64,000 bases of DNA from Chiloscyllium plagiosum. Taxonomy: Eukaryota. Positions 51,756-63,580 of this stretch are shown one piece after another. The notes under the pieces were generated by a model. It was given only the letters and a program-made list of their open reading frames with translations. It searched no databases and was not told where the DNA came from. The stretch spans positions 7,640,446 through 7,704,445 of the forward strand of contig NC_057751.1 in NCBI RefSeq assembly GCF_004010195.1. Reading direction: 5' to 3'. The position numbers and the translations under genes are program-made. Within the stretch, counting starts at the first letter, position 1, and every line of letters begins with the position of its first letter.

Positions 51756-51879
51756 TAATTCAGCAGGGGGATGGGAAAACTAAATTGTAGTTCGAGGATA
51801 GAGGAGGTTGAGAGTAGGGATGTCTGAAGTAAGGTTTCAGGGTCACAAGAGGACACCGGCACGTAAAAAGGTTGGTTTG

Positions 51880-54800
51880 TAGTGTGTCTACTTCAACGCC
51901 AGGAGCATCCGGAATAAGATGGGTGAACTTGCAGCATGGATTGGTACTTGGGATTTTGATGTTGTGGCTATTTCAGAGACAGGGGTAGAGCAGGGACAGG
52001 AATAGTTGTTGCAGGTTCTGGGATTTAGATGTTTCAGTAAGAACAGAGAAGAGGGTAAAAGAAGTGGGGATGCGCCATTGTCAGTTAAGGACAAGAGTAT
52101 GGCTGCACAAAGGACGTTTGAGGACTCGTCAGCTGAGGTGGTGTGGGCTGAAATTAGAAACAGGAAAGGAGAGGTCACCGTGTTGGGAGTTTTCTACAGG
52201 CCTCCAAACAGTTCTAGAGATGTAGAGGAAAGGATAGCAAAGATGATTCTCGATAGGAGCGAGAGTGACAGGGTACTTCAACTTCCAAATATTGACTGGG
52301 AATACTATAGTTCAAGTACTTTAGATTAGTCAGTTTTTGTCCATTGTGTAGAGGAGGGTTTTCTGACACAGTACATAGACAGGCTATCAAGGGATGAGGC
52401 CACATTAGTTTTGGTACTGGGTAATGAACCTGGCCAGGTGTTAGATTTGGAGGTGGGTGAGCGCTTTGGTGATAGTGACCATAATTCAGTTATGTTTACT
52501 TTCATGACGGAAAGGGACAGGTACACACTGGAGGGCAAGGGCTACAGCTGGGGGAAAAGAAATTACGATGCGATTAGACAAGATTTAGGATGTATAGGAT
52601 GGGGAAGGAAACTGCAGGGCATGGGCACAATAGAAATGTGGAGCTTATTCAAGGAACAGCTACTATGTGTCCTTGGTAAATATGTACTGTCAGGCAGGGA
52701 GGAAGTTGTCGAGTGCGGGAGCCGTGGTTTACTGAGGAAGTTGAATCTCTTGTCAAGAGGAAGATGATGACTTACATTAGAATGACATGTGAAGGCTCAG
52801 TTAGGGCAATTGAGAGTTACAAGTAGCCAGGAAAGACCTAAAGAAAAAGCTAAGACAAGCGAGGAGGAGACATGAGAAGGTGTTGGCAGATAGGATCAGG
52901 GTAAACCCGAAAACTTTCTACAGATATACAAGGTATAAAAGAATGACTGAAGTAAGATTAGGGCCAATCCTGCTGTGGATCTGTTTGATGTGTCTTGGTG
53001 TTAAATTTTGTTTCATGAAGTTCCCTAAGTTTGTAGATCAGTGCATCCATTGAAATGCTGGTTGTTGCTTTTCAATAAGGGCAACTGTCAAGCTACATCA
53101 TATTAATGTACCTGGAACTTTGGGGACTCCTTGTGACTCACAACAAAGTACCTATGTGTGTGCTGAAACCTTTCTTTCAGATGGTGTCTATGGTCGATGG
53201 TCCATAATAGGAGCACGGTTCCTCCGTGACTAAGTGAGTAACCACTAAACACTTGCCCAATGGGATGAAGACATGTGCTGAAGATGGAGTGTTTTTGAGC
53301 ACTGATTGGGATGCTACACGTGAAGTGGTTATAGAAGCACTCAAAGATGGGGTGTGAAAAGACACCAGTGAAAAACAGTTCAACATTTCACAATTTCTGC
53401 AAGTACGTTGCTATCATGATCTCCACAGACAGCGAGAACCAATGCAGGTGCAGGTGCAAAGGATAGGATACCAAAGAAAACCAAGATTATTGCCCGAATT
53501 CCAAATGTTCCAGAAGCAAGACACACCTCATTGAGACAAAAAAAATCCTCAATACACCCACTGCTCTCAGTTGAATTGATTGCTCATACAGAAGTTGAAT
53601 CTCTTGTCAAGAGGAAGATGATGACTTACATTAGAATGACATGTGAAGGCTCAGTTAGGGCAATTGAGAGTTACAAGTAGCCAGGAAAGACCTAAAGAAA
53701 AAGCTAAGACAAGCGAGGAGGAGACATGAGAAGGTGTTGGCAGATAGGATCAGGGTAAACCCGAAAACTTTCTACAGATATACAAGGTATAAAAGAATGA
53801 CTGAAGTAAGATTAGGGCCAATCATGGACAGAGGTGGGACGTTGTGTGGAGTCTGAGGAGATAGGGGAAGCACTAAATGAATATTTTTCGACAGTATTCA
53901 CACTGGTAAAAGACAATGTTGCCGAGGAACCTGAGAAACAGGTTACGAGATGAGATGGGATTGAGGTTCACAAGGAGGTGTTAGAAATTCTGGAAAGTGT
54001 GAAAATTGATAAAACCCCTGGGTTGAATAGGATTTATCCTAGGATTCTCTGGGAAGCCAGGGAAGAGATTGTTGAACGTTTGGTTTTGATCTTTATGTCG
54101 TCATTGTCTACAGGAATGGTACCAGAAGACTGGAGGAGAGCAAATATTGTTCCCTTATTCAAGAAGGGGAATAGAGACAATCCTGGTAATTACAGACCAG
54201 TGAGTCTTACTTCGTTGTCAGTAAACTGTTGGAAAAGGTTATAATCACCTTGATAGGAATAAGTTGATTAGGGAAAGCCAACATGGTTTTGAGAGGGGTA
54301 GGTCATGCCTCACAAACCTTATTGAGTTCTTTAAGAAGGTGACGAAACAGATGGATGAGGCTAAAGCAATTGATGTGGTGTATATGGATTTTAGTAAGGT
54401 GTTTGATAAGGTACCCCACGGCAGGCTACTGCACAAAATACATAGACATGGGATTGAGGGCGATTTAGCGGTTTGGATCAGAAACTGGCTGGCTGAAAGA
54501 AGACAGAGAGGGTGATGGTTGATGGGAAATGTTCATCCTGGAGCTCAGTTACCAGTGGTGTGCCACAGTGTTTTGGGGCCACTGCTGTTTGTCATTTTTA
54601 CAAATGATGTGGAAGAGGGCATAGAAGGATGGGTTAGTAAATTTACGGACAACACTAAGGTCGGTACCGTTGTAGATAGTGCCGAAGGATGTTGTAGGTT
54701 ACAGAGGAACATTGCTAAACTGCAGAGCTGGGCTGAGAGGTGGCAAATCGAATTTAATGTGGGAAATTGTGAGGTGATTCACTTTGGAAGAAGTAACAGG

Positions 54801-55450
54801 AATGCAGAGTACTGGGCGAATGGTAAGATCCTTGGTAGTGTAGATGAGCAGGGACATCTTGGTGTCCAAGTACATAGACTGTCAAAGTTGCTACCCAGGA
54901 TGATAGGGTTGTTAAGAAGGCATGTGGTGTATTAGATTTTATTGGTAGAGGGATCATGTTTCGGAACCATGAGGTGATGCTGCAGCTGAACAAAACTCTG
55001 ATGCAGCCGCACTTGGAGTATTGCGTGCAGTTCTGGTCACCGCATTTTCGAAAGGATGTGAAAGCTTTGGAAAGGGTTCAGAGGAGATTTACTCGAATGT
55101 TGCTTGGTATGGAAGGTAGGTCTTATGAGGAAAGGCTGAGGGACGTGAGGCTGTTCTCATTAGAGAGAAGAAGGTTGAGAGGTGACTTAATTGAGACATA
55201 CAAGATAATCAGAGGGTGAGATAGGGTGGACAGGGAGACCCTTTTTCCTCGGATGGTGATGGCGAGCATGACGGGGCATAGCTTTAAATTGAGGGATGAT
55301 AGATATAGGACAGATGTCAGAGGAAGTTTCTTTATTCAGAGAGTATTAGACGCGTGGAATGCACTGCCTGCAATATTTGTAGATTCGCCAACGTTACTGG
55401 CATTTAAATGGTCATTGGATAGGCATATGGACGAGAATGGAATAGTTTAA
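51880..55450 (+). pseudogene. CR1 ORF2 remnant (AP endonuclease plus reverse transcriptase), disrupted by a 621-bp insert and a 233-bp duplication
   Basis: Motif-bearing ORF pieces at 52006, 52411, 53978, 54264, 54519, 54956 and 55226. Confidence 0.9.
52737..53823 (+). repeat. 233-bp direct duplication (52737-52969 = 53591-53823) flanking a 621-bp copy of 39583-40203
   Basis: Direct sequence comparison; flanking copies identical. Confidence 0.95.
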
Positions 55451-56619
55451 GTTGGATGGGCTTCAGATTGGTTCCACAGGGCGGTGTAACATTGAGGGCT
55501 GAAGGGCCTGTACTGTGCTGTAATGTTCTCTGTTCTATGTTCAAAGAGCTGGACCACTCAAGTCAGGAATCACAAGTGGGGTGAAATTTGCGTGAAGTTC
55601 CAAGGTATTTTCAAGTTGTTTGCAACTCAATACAATGTAAACCTGGGAACAGGATTCTTTCTTGACTCCTTCCCTATTTCCCAGCACTTGGGAGAATAAT
55701 TTATTCCCCATATTCCACCCTTGACCAAACTTGCAGATGATAGGCTTTTTAAAGATAAGAGGGCATCCTGTGTCACCAACATCCTTGATCAATTTGGCAG
55801 GGCGGGGGACTATGAGTCTTGTTTGTCCAAGTGGAGAACGTGTTACCTCAATAACTGGCATCAATCAGAAGCTAAGGCAAAAATGGTTTCCTCCCTTTTT
55901 CTCCGCCCAGCAATGTGAAGAATAATGAGATACGTCAAAGACATTTGAAAATATCTGTTTCATCCAGAGGTCCCATATTCACCAAGAATAATCAACTGGT
56001 TACAAAGACAGGTCACGCCACAAGTTCTCAGCAGCCGGGCAGTATCCCCAGACCAGTGGAAATTCTACTTCTGATCAGAGGTCAGAAAGCAAAACCATCT
56101 CATTCCGTCCCCTCTCCCTCTCCAGAGAGGGTGCCTGATCTGCTCAGTCCTGCCAACAAATTATGACTCCATCTCAGATATCCAATATCTGCAGTGTCAC
56201 TGCATTTGCACTGACCGGCGTTTGAACAGTGCCCTTGCGTTAAAAGCAACTTAATGTCCATGTGTGAAACTTTTTACTCAGTGCCTTGAATCAAATTATT
56301 TTAATGCCCTCATTACGCACAGGGGAACCAGACTTAATTCATGTGCCTTTTACCGAGCCCGACAATCTTTCACCTCAGGAGTATTTTTCTTGATGAAATC
56401 AATAGCTTTCTGTGACAGTAAGTAGATCCAGCAAATATGTTATTAGAACCCATTTATTTTTCTGACTATAAAATGGGCCATTGCTTGTTAAACTCAACAT
56501 AAAGGACCAAAAGATTTTTTCTTTTCCAATTCTATGCAGTCCAAAAGGACTGTCAGCACTGAGCAGTATGACAGTTTTCCCTCTGTGGCTCTCAGCTTCA
56601 AACACCCTTTCCTGTACCA

Positions 56620-57368
56620 AATAAAGTGTTCACTACATTGCCTCTGGCAAATGCTCCCAGGATAGTGATAGCACGGGGCTCAATACAGAATAAAACTTCA
56701 TCTGCACTGTCCCTCATCAAATTCTCCCGGGACATGGACCGCACAGGATTAGGTGCAGAGCAAAGCTGCCTCTGAGCTGTTCCCCATCAAACACTTCCAG
56801 GATAGAGACTGCACAGCATCAGGTACAAAGTAAAGTTCCTTTTACACAATGCAAAAGTGAGGACTGCAGATGCTGGAAACCAGAGTTTAGATAAGAGTGG
56901 AGCTGGAAAAGCACAGCAGGTCAGGTAGCATCCGAGGAGCAGGAAAATCAATGTTTCGGGCAAAATCCCTTCATCAGGAGTGGAGGGAAAACTTCTTCAA
57001 GGTAGGCATCCTTGCAAGAGGATTCGCAGTAAGGTTAAAATCAACTCGGCAAAAGTGAGGACTGCAGATGCTAGAAACCAGAGTCTAGATCAGAGTGGTG
57101 CTGGAAAAGCACAGCAGGTCAGGCAGCATCCAAGGAGCAGGAAAATCAACTTTTCAGGCAAAAGCCCTTCATCAGGGAGCCTCCAGGGTCCAGGGTGCAG
57201 AGATAAATTGTGGGGGGTGGGGATGTGTGCTGGGGAGAAGGTAGCAAAGAGAAGAGCTTAATCCAGACTCCTTCTACACTATGCCCATCAAACAACCCAA
57301 AACAGGGACAGCACAGGGTTAAGATAAAGTTTCTCTGCACTGACCCCATCAAACAGTCAAGATACAGG
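56620..57368 (+). repeat. Degenerate ~70-bp tandem repeat (catcaaaXXctcccagg..cagcacgggXttagatacagagtaaagct..ctacactgt-like), ~5 units, interrupted by a Penelope insert
   Basis: Recurring ccatcaaa / gcacXgg / taaag blocks; similar units at ~24290-24430. Confidence 0.6.
56851..57260 (-). mobile_element. Penelope-like fragment with two tandem direct pLTR arms, each with a decayed hammerhead core (56950-56977, 57148-57175)
   Basis: aaagtgaggactgcagatgct..gaaaagcacagcaggtcagg repeated at ~56853 and ~57051; minus strand CTGATGA..GAAA. Confidence 0.75.
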
Positions 57369-59071
57369 AACGAACGAACGAATGAAGAGCATTTGGAACA
57401 GGTGACGTGGCGATGAGAACCTCATGTAACCTCATGAGGGGATCAATGCCCTCTGGGAATGAGGAAGAACCAACCTTCAAGAACAGAACAGCTATATTTC
57501 AAGCACTTACAGATGGTCTTCCATCTTCCAAACTCTAAATTCAGCCAAAGATCCGCAACCAAACATGCACCAAGTCCTTCCCTCCCATCTCTGCTGTGCT
57601 CATTTGCACACCGATTGATATGAAAATTCTCATTGTTAAATCCCTACAGTGCCTTGCTCTCCCCCAGTCCCCACAACCCCAATGAGAACACAGTGCCCAT
57701 CTAGTTCTGACATCTCGCTCATTCACTCACCTTTATCTCTCCACCATGAGCCAGTGACTTCAACAACTTGGCTCCATATCTCCAGTGATCCTTTATTGTG
57801 CCTCCTTTTTCTACAAGGCACTCCTTTGGGATGAGCTTTTGGTCTTACATGTACACTGGTGTGATGTGGCTGGGAACTGTGTTTTGTAGGACGCGTCCCC
57901 CCATGACACACCTTGCTTTGTTTCAAAAGTGGGGGAGGGGGGGGGAATTTGCAACATTTTGTTGGAATGGAATGGAGTTATCAAAGGTCAAAGGCTTGTA
58001 TTTAACCACCCCTCAACTGGGTTTAAAGAAGTGGCATCAATCTCACAAACAATTGATGCCTTCAGCGCATGCTGCTTCCTGCAACTTAAAAACATTTTAT
58101 ACTTCTTTTCTTAGGATTCTGTTGTTCTGTAGACTTCACACAACTCTCTGCAAGACCTCTCTCAAGAGGTGGAACAGAAAATCCATCCAGTGCCCTGAGG
58201 ATGACTAAATGCAGTCACCTCAATGAGACAAAAAAAAACTTGACTCCACTCAAACTCAGCAAATTAAATTATACGAATTGTCACAGCCTGTGTGGACCAC
58301 ACTCTCTTAATGTTACAGAAAGGTCGGCAGTTACCACATGCCCACAGCTGTTCTCAAAAGACCTCTTGCTTGGCAACTGAGATGCTTGTTTGTTTGAGGT
58401 CTTCAGGGGACAATAAGGAGAATATTTTATCAATGACACACATGCACAGTAAAGATGGGAAGTTCCCAACGGGTTTTTGTGACTGTGACTGTTACCAGCT
58501 TTTTAAATTCCAAAAATTTAATTGCTGTTCAGACACCATGATGGTATTTAAGAACTGTGAAAACATCTTTCCCTGCTGTTTATGAAACTGTTCAGCTCAA
58601 AAGAGTCAAAACTGGTTGGAAACAGCGTTTTTATTTTATCCCAACGGTTCTCCCGAACTTCTGAATTGCTGTGTAGGATCATTGGTCATGGAGGCAAAGC
58701 AGGAGATTTGGGAATTGCAATGTTAAGTAACTACATGTGGTCATTAACCCTGCCACTAACCAAGGGATCGGAAGTTATTCAGATCCATCTGATGGTGATG
58801 GAGATTACAAATAGCCCTGCAAATGACTCTATGACTATGACTAATTAAAAAAATCGTATTTTTGCAACGTAGATCACAAAGAAACAAAAATACAACTGAA
58901 TCCCTACTCAACTCAACAATCAACCAGATCATGTCATTCAAATGGGCCACAGGATGACTGATGTGGGAAACAGAGATGCCACGGTTAGAAATGGAGTGGG
59001 GTGGCTGTTGGAGGAGCATCTCTGTCAGCTCTGGGTTGAGATCTATTCTGAATGGCAAGTCATGGTTGAGG

Positions 59072-59427
59072 TGACAGCCCAGTGGTATTATCGCTGGACT
59101 GTTAATCCGGAGACCCAGATAATGTTCTGGGGACCAAGGGTCAAATCCTGCCACGGCAGATGGGGGAATTTGGATTCAATTAAAATCTGGAATTTGGAGT
59201 CTTATGATGACCATAAAATCCATTGTTGATTGTCAGTGAAAAACACCCGTCTGGTTCACTAATGCCCTTCAGGGAAGTAAACTGCTGTCCTTAACTGGGC
59301 TGGCCTATGTGTGACTCCAGACCCAATACAATGTACTTGACTTTTAATGCCCTTTGGGCAATTAGGGATTGGTAATAAATGCTGGTCTAGCTGGGGATGC
59401 CCTCATCCTGTGAATGAATAAAAAAAC
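59072..59427 (+). mobile_element. Full-length tRNA-headed SINE with LINE-derived tail
   Basis: cagtggtattatcgctggact..gggtcaaatcctgcca head; tail gggcaattagggat..aataaatgctgg..gaatgaataaaaaaa. Confidence 0.75.
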
Positions 59428-59928
59428 AAGCTAAAGTTAGCATTCGTCTTCATCTAACCCATGTTCTGTTCCAGAAAAACAAAATGCTCAGAGCTTACTC
59501 TGCAGACAATAGAAAAAAAATTCATTGATTCAGAACAGGCAATGATATCTATTATGAAAGAACATCACATTTACCTGCTTTATCTCAGGAGCAATGTAAT
59601 CTATTTGGAAAAGATGTATTGCCTCTTCAATTTATGGAAAGCAATTTCTTTATTATTGGAACACAAATGAATTTGGCCCAGGAATGCCAGCTACATTGAT
59701 GTAATTTCTCCACTGAAGTGTTTTACTCTCAAACTGTGCAGAAACCTGAAGCTTGCACTGACTGACTTCTGTTTGGTTGATTTTAGCATCGGCAAACTCC
59801 ATCTCTGAAGCACCATTGCAATTTAAAACCAAAGGTGTCACATACTCCCCCCTGATCAGCAGGGTCTTCATGGTTGAGCTCCCAGATTTGGAAGTGTCTG
59901 TCTCAGAAACATCAGCAACCTGCTGCTA

Positions 59929-60145
59929 CAGTCGGCTCTGCGATAATTTGGTAGTTCCGTTCTCATGCATCCCATGTTAAAGAAAATCGCGTAACAGCAG
60001 CACCATTTAAACTAATGGGATTGGAATCACCTGTAAACCAATACACGCTTTAAGACTTTGCGCTTCAGAAACAGTGTCCCCAAATCGTCAATCGTGTTAT
60101 AGTGAATTTGTGTTAATAACACACGTGTTATAGCAGAACGACTTG
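59929..60145. mobile_element. Tigger-like MITE (family of 32065)
   Basis: ta-cagtcggctctgcgataa ... gttatagcagaacgactt; internal segment is the reverse complement of part of the 32065 copy. Confidence 0.65.
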
Positions 60146-60365
60146 GGTTTGCATTGCTGGTAGTATCCACAGGACGAGCACTGAATGCTAATGTTTGAGG
60201 GACTGAATGCTTCAAGGGGTGGACACGGTATTGAACCAGCAGACAGCTTTATCCTGCATGATGTTGGGATGATCAAGTGCCACTGAAATATCGGTGGCAA
60301 TGTTTGGAAGCTGTTCCGAGGCGTTCAATATGTTTGTAGAAACGCATTCCTCATGCAATGCAGAG

Positions 60366-60444
60366 TCAAGTTTCTGAGTCAATGCTTGATTCAGTAAAAC
60401 TTTGCCTGAGAGGTCGCTCCACATTTTTTAACTCTCTGGATGCA
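60366..60444 (-). CDS. Candidate last coding exon of an unidentified gene
   Basis: Strong acceptor ttctctttccctccacacatttctttgcctcag; phase-2 frame ASRELKNVERPLRQSFTESSIDSET-stop; AATAAA on minus at 59649-59654. Confidence 0.3.
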
Positions 60445-61360
60445 CTGAGGCAAAGAAATGTGTGGAGGGAAAGAGAACAGAGTGAGCTTCCAAATGCTTA
60501 GCAACTGCTTCCAAACAGTGATGAGAACAAAATCAGAATTTAAACAGATTGCAATGAAACAAGCTGTTTCTCTGATAGCTTGTTGGATCTAATAAATGAG
60601 ACCACACCTCTCTGATGAGCCCCTTTTATTTTTCTGAACAAGTTTGTTTCTTTGAGTTCACTCTCACCTTCCCGACACGGGGTTAAGACCATGTCCTGGG
60701 GTACAGTTCTTTTTGTGAACTCACAAACATCCATTTGGTGCAGTGAGAGCCCCACTCCATTCCTTGAGCTCATCATAAGAATGGAAGAAATTGGAGCAAG
60801 AGGAGGCCACATTCAGCCCTTCAATGTCTATCCCACCCTTCCACGGGATCATGGCTCATGTTCCTCGTCAACACTATTTTTCTACACAATCACCATTTTT
60901 AATGTGCAGACACCTTTCCACTCAGTCTTGAACTATAAGTAAATGTGAATTGTTCTTTCTGATATTCCATTGCGTGAATGTTCTATTGTCAGAACAATCA
61001 TGAATGTGCACAACCCATAACTATTTACAATTCTCGGACAATTATTTACAATGTATTCGATACCCTCAATGCAGAGATGGAAACCGACCCTCTGGTCCAA
61101 CTCGTCCATGCCAACCAATTGTCTGTAATTAATCTAGTCCACTTTGCCAGCATTTGGCCCAAACCTATGCTTTCAGACACCATCTGATATCGCACCAGTC
61201 TGGGAAACGGCAGGAGAGGTTAAAGGCATGGTGTAGAAGGAACAGACAGTTGCGAATTCCGCAAGTGAGGGCACACCCACCCAGGACGAGGCAAACCAAA
61301 TCGGGCACAGGAGAGAGCCAATGGGTGTTTCACCGGGTCCCTGGCAATTCACAACCTCAC

Positions 61361-61422
61361 CTCTCAATGTTCTTCAGATCATATCTCCAGAGGAGAGAAC
61401 AAGAGTCACCGGCTGTGCACAC
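61361..61422 (-). CDS. Candidate penultimate exon (62 nt)
   Basis: aatag/GTG..GAG AG/gtgagg; only open frame is VCTAGDSCSLLWRYDLKNIE, phase-compatible with the 60444 exon; acceptor is weak. Confidence 0.3.
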
Positions 61423-61657
61423 CTATTTTCATCAGAAACATCTTTAATGGTGCCAATCTTTTTACCATTACTCCAAGAGGCTGTGGATTGGACAACAACC
61501 CAGCAACATCACAATGGTTAAAAACTCAGACACTCGAGAAAATGAGACATAATGTTTGCAATGTCTTTCATCGGCATGGAGCGATCAGGAGGTGGAAAGT
61601 CTTCGGGGTGGAATTTAAAAGCTTAGTGCTTTAGCAAGTGGAGGGAGGAAAGATGCA

Positions 61658-61950
61658 GGGTGACACTGAGGCTCAGTGGTTTGCACTGCTGCCTCACAGT
61701 GACAGGGACCTGGGTGACTGTCTGTGCGGAGTCCACACATTCTTCATGTGTCTGCATGGGTTTCCTCCGGGTGCTCTGGTTTCCTCCCAAGGTCCAAAGA
61801 CATGCAGGGTCAGTGGCTTGGCCCATGGAAAAATGAAGGGTTACGGGGATAGGTTGAAGGTCTGTCTGAGCCTGGGTGGGATGCTCTTCAGAGGGTTGGT
61901 ATGGAATTGATGGGCCGAATGCACTCTTTCCTGGTTGTCAGGATTCTAAG
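61658..61950 (+). mobile_element. HE1-type SINE, decayed
   Basis: gctcagtggtttgcactgctgcctcacag head; gggtttcctccgggtgctctggtttcctccc. Confidence 0.85.
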
Positions 61951-62439
61951 ATCTTGGAGGGCTGGAGGTGACAGAATTAGGGAGATGAATGCTATAGAGG
62001 AATTTGAAAATAAGGATGAGAATTTGGAGATGGAAGCATTGCCAGACCAGAATCAGACGGTCAGCAACAATGTCTTTATGGTGGAGCACGTTTGAAGGCC
62101 CATTCCTTCTTCTAAGTCTTGTGTTTCATATTAGTCCATAATAGGACTTGGTAAGAGTCAGGATGAGTTACGCTGAGTTTTCTGTTCAAAATTACAAAAA
62201 ACATCTCAGGCACACAGGACTCGAGGGATCATGTTTTACACAGGAATGCTTTGGTACAGGACGTGTACTGAGGACTTAGAATTTCAATTCCTTGGGTTAT
62301 TTTATTAAGGTAGCTCTTTTCCTCTCTCACAATTTTCTTCCCCCAAAACAGTTCCAAGCAACCCCTCTTTTTGCCTGTCAGCCTCATCAACATAATCAGC
62401 AGCTTAATTCAAGCCGACTGGGGTCACAGAAATTGTGGC

Positions 62440-63022
62440 GACTTAGCAGTGTCTAATGGGTTAGCAGTGTCTAATGACAGCAGTGCAAATGCAGTACATT
62501 ACAAATTAACATGCATAAACTCAATCTCAACCAGCTTTAGCATGATGGATTGCCTGGAGGGTAGGGATGTGTTTGGTTATAAACCTGAAAGGGTTTGTCC
62601 AACTGACGAAGTTTAAGCTCTGTTGTGTGATGACTAAAGTAAAAGACTAATGAAATCCCAAGACCAGGAATTGAAAGAGAGAGTCAACTCAAACTACAGA
62701 TGCAACTAAGGAATTCTGTCTGACATTTGAGTAACTGTAAATGGGAATAGATGGGAGATTTGTTTTGCTTGTGCTTTGAAATGTGTTTTTACATCTTTCA
62801 GATTGCACAATGTTTAAATGGCTTGACTCATTCTGTTTATTTCTTCAAGTTTCCTTTGTGTAATAAACTTCTCTTTAATTGTTAAAACCAAAGCTGCAGC
62901 ATTGCACGTTTGTTTCACAGGAAAGAACACCACGTTTCATTCGAAGAACGTATGATCCATCAAGCCAGATTTTAATCTGGGATCTGACTTGCTCAGCAGT
63001 AACATCGGCTGGGATCATAACA
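62440..63022 (+). mobile_element. Solo-LTR-like element (left boundary uncertain)
   Basis: AATAAA ~62862; ends ctgggatcataaca; related to the 2954 element. Confidence 0.55.
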
Positions 63023-63039
63023 TAATTGCTTTCAGCCTG

Positions 63040-63580
63040 GGGTCACACATCCACAATTTTGGGTAAGGATGGCAGGTTTCAATTCCAAAAGGATATGAGT
63101 AATCAATTTAAATTTCCACCATTGCCAGCATGAGGCATGATTCCAAATTGAATAAGTGATCAAATTTAACCTCCTGTTCTCACTGTGGGGTTTGAACTCT
63201 TGTCTCCAGATCTCCACTGCAGGTCTCTTCCCATATAATCTAGCCCCATAATCATTGTGTCACCATAACTTCCACCTAACATCGCTTGCTAAAGTGCTCC
63301 GCAACATCACCTTCTCAAGAACAACTCGGAATGGACAATAAATACTGGCCTGCCAGCACTGCCCACATCCCATGAGGAAAGAGAAAAGGAATCCTGCAGG
63401 CTGTCTCCCCAAAAGCCTGTCCACCATCTGCAAGGCATAAGTCAGGAGTATGATGAGACACTTCCTACAGTGCCTGGATAAGTGCAGCTCCAGCAACACT
63501 CAAGGAGCTTGACACCATCTAGGACAAAGAAGACACTTTGAAAACCATGTCCAAAAATGTCCAGTTCCTCCACCACCTTT
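63040..63580. mobile_element. SINE fragment (-, 63050-63255) and rearranged LINE 3' fragments (+, 63300-63580)
   Basis: aataaatactggcctgccagcactgcccacatcccatg tail followed by ctgtccaccatctgcaaggcataagtcaggagt..cagctccagcaacactcaag. Confidence 0.55.

Larger units (their letters stand above)
50550..55542 (+). mobile_element. Near full-length CR1 LINE (5' UTR, ORF1, ORF2 APE-RT, tail), inactivated
   Basis: ORF1 from ATG 50863; ORF2 YFNARSIRNK, DVVAISET, GVFYRPPNS, GDSDHN, NYRPVSLTS, QHGF, YMDFSKVFDKVPH; tgttctatgttc tail. Confidence 0.95.

Noticed and set aside
50550..55542. Active autonomous CR1
   Set aside because: Multiple stops and frameshifts in both ORFs, plus the internal insertion
56620..57368. 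CRISPR-like array
   Set aside because: Degenerate tandem units without unique spacers; eukaryotic context; no cas genes
62443..62476. 16-bp direct repeat ttagcagtgtctaatg
   Set aside because: Simple slippage duplication within an LTR-like element
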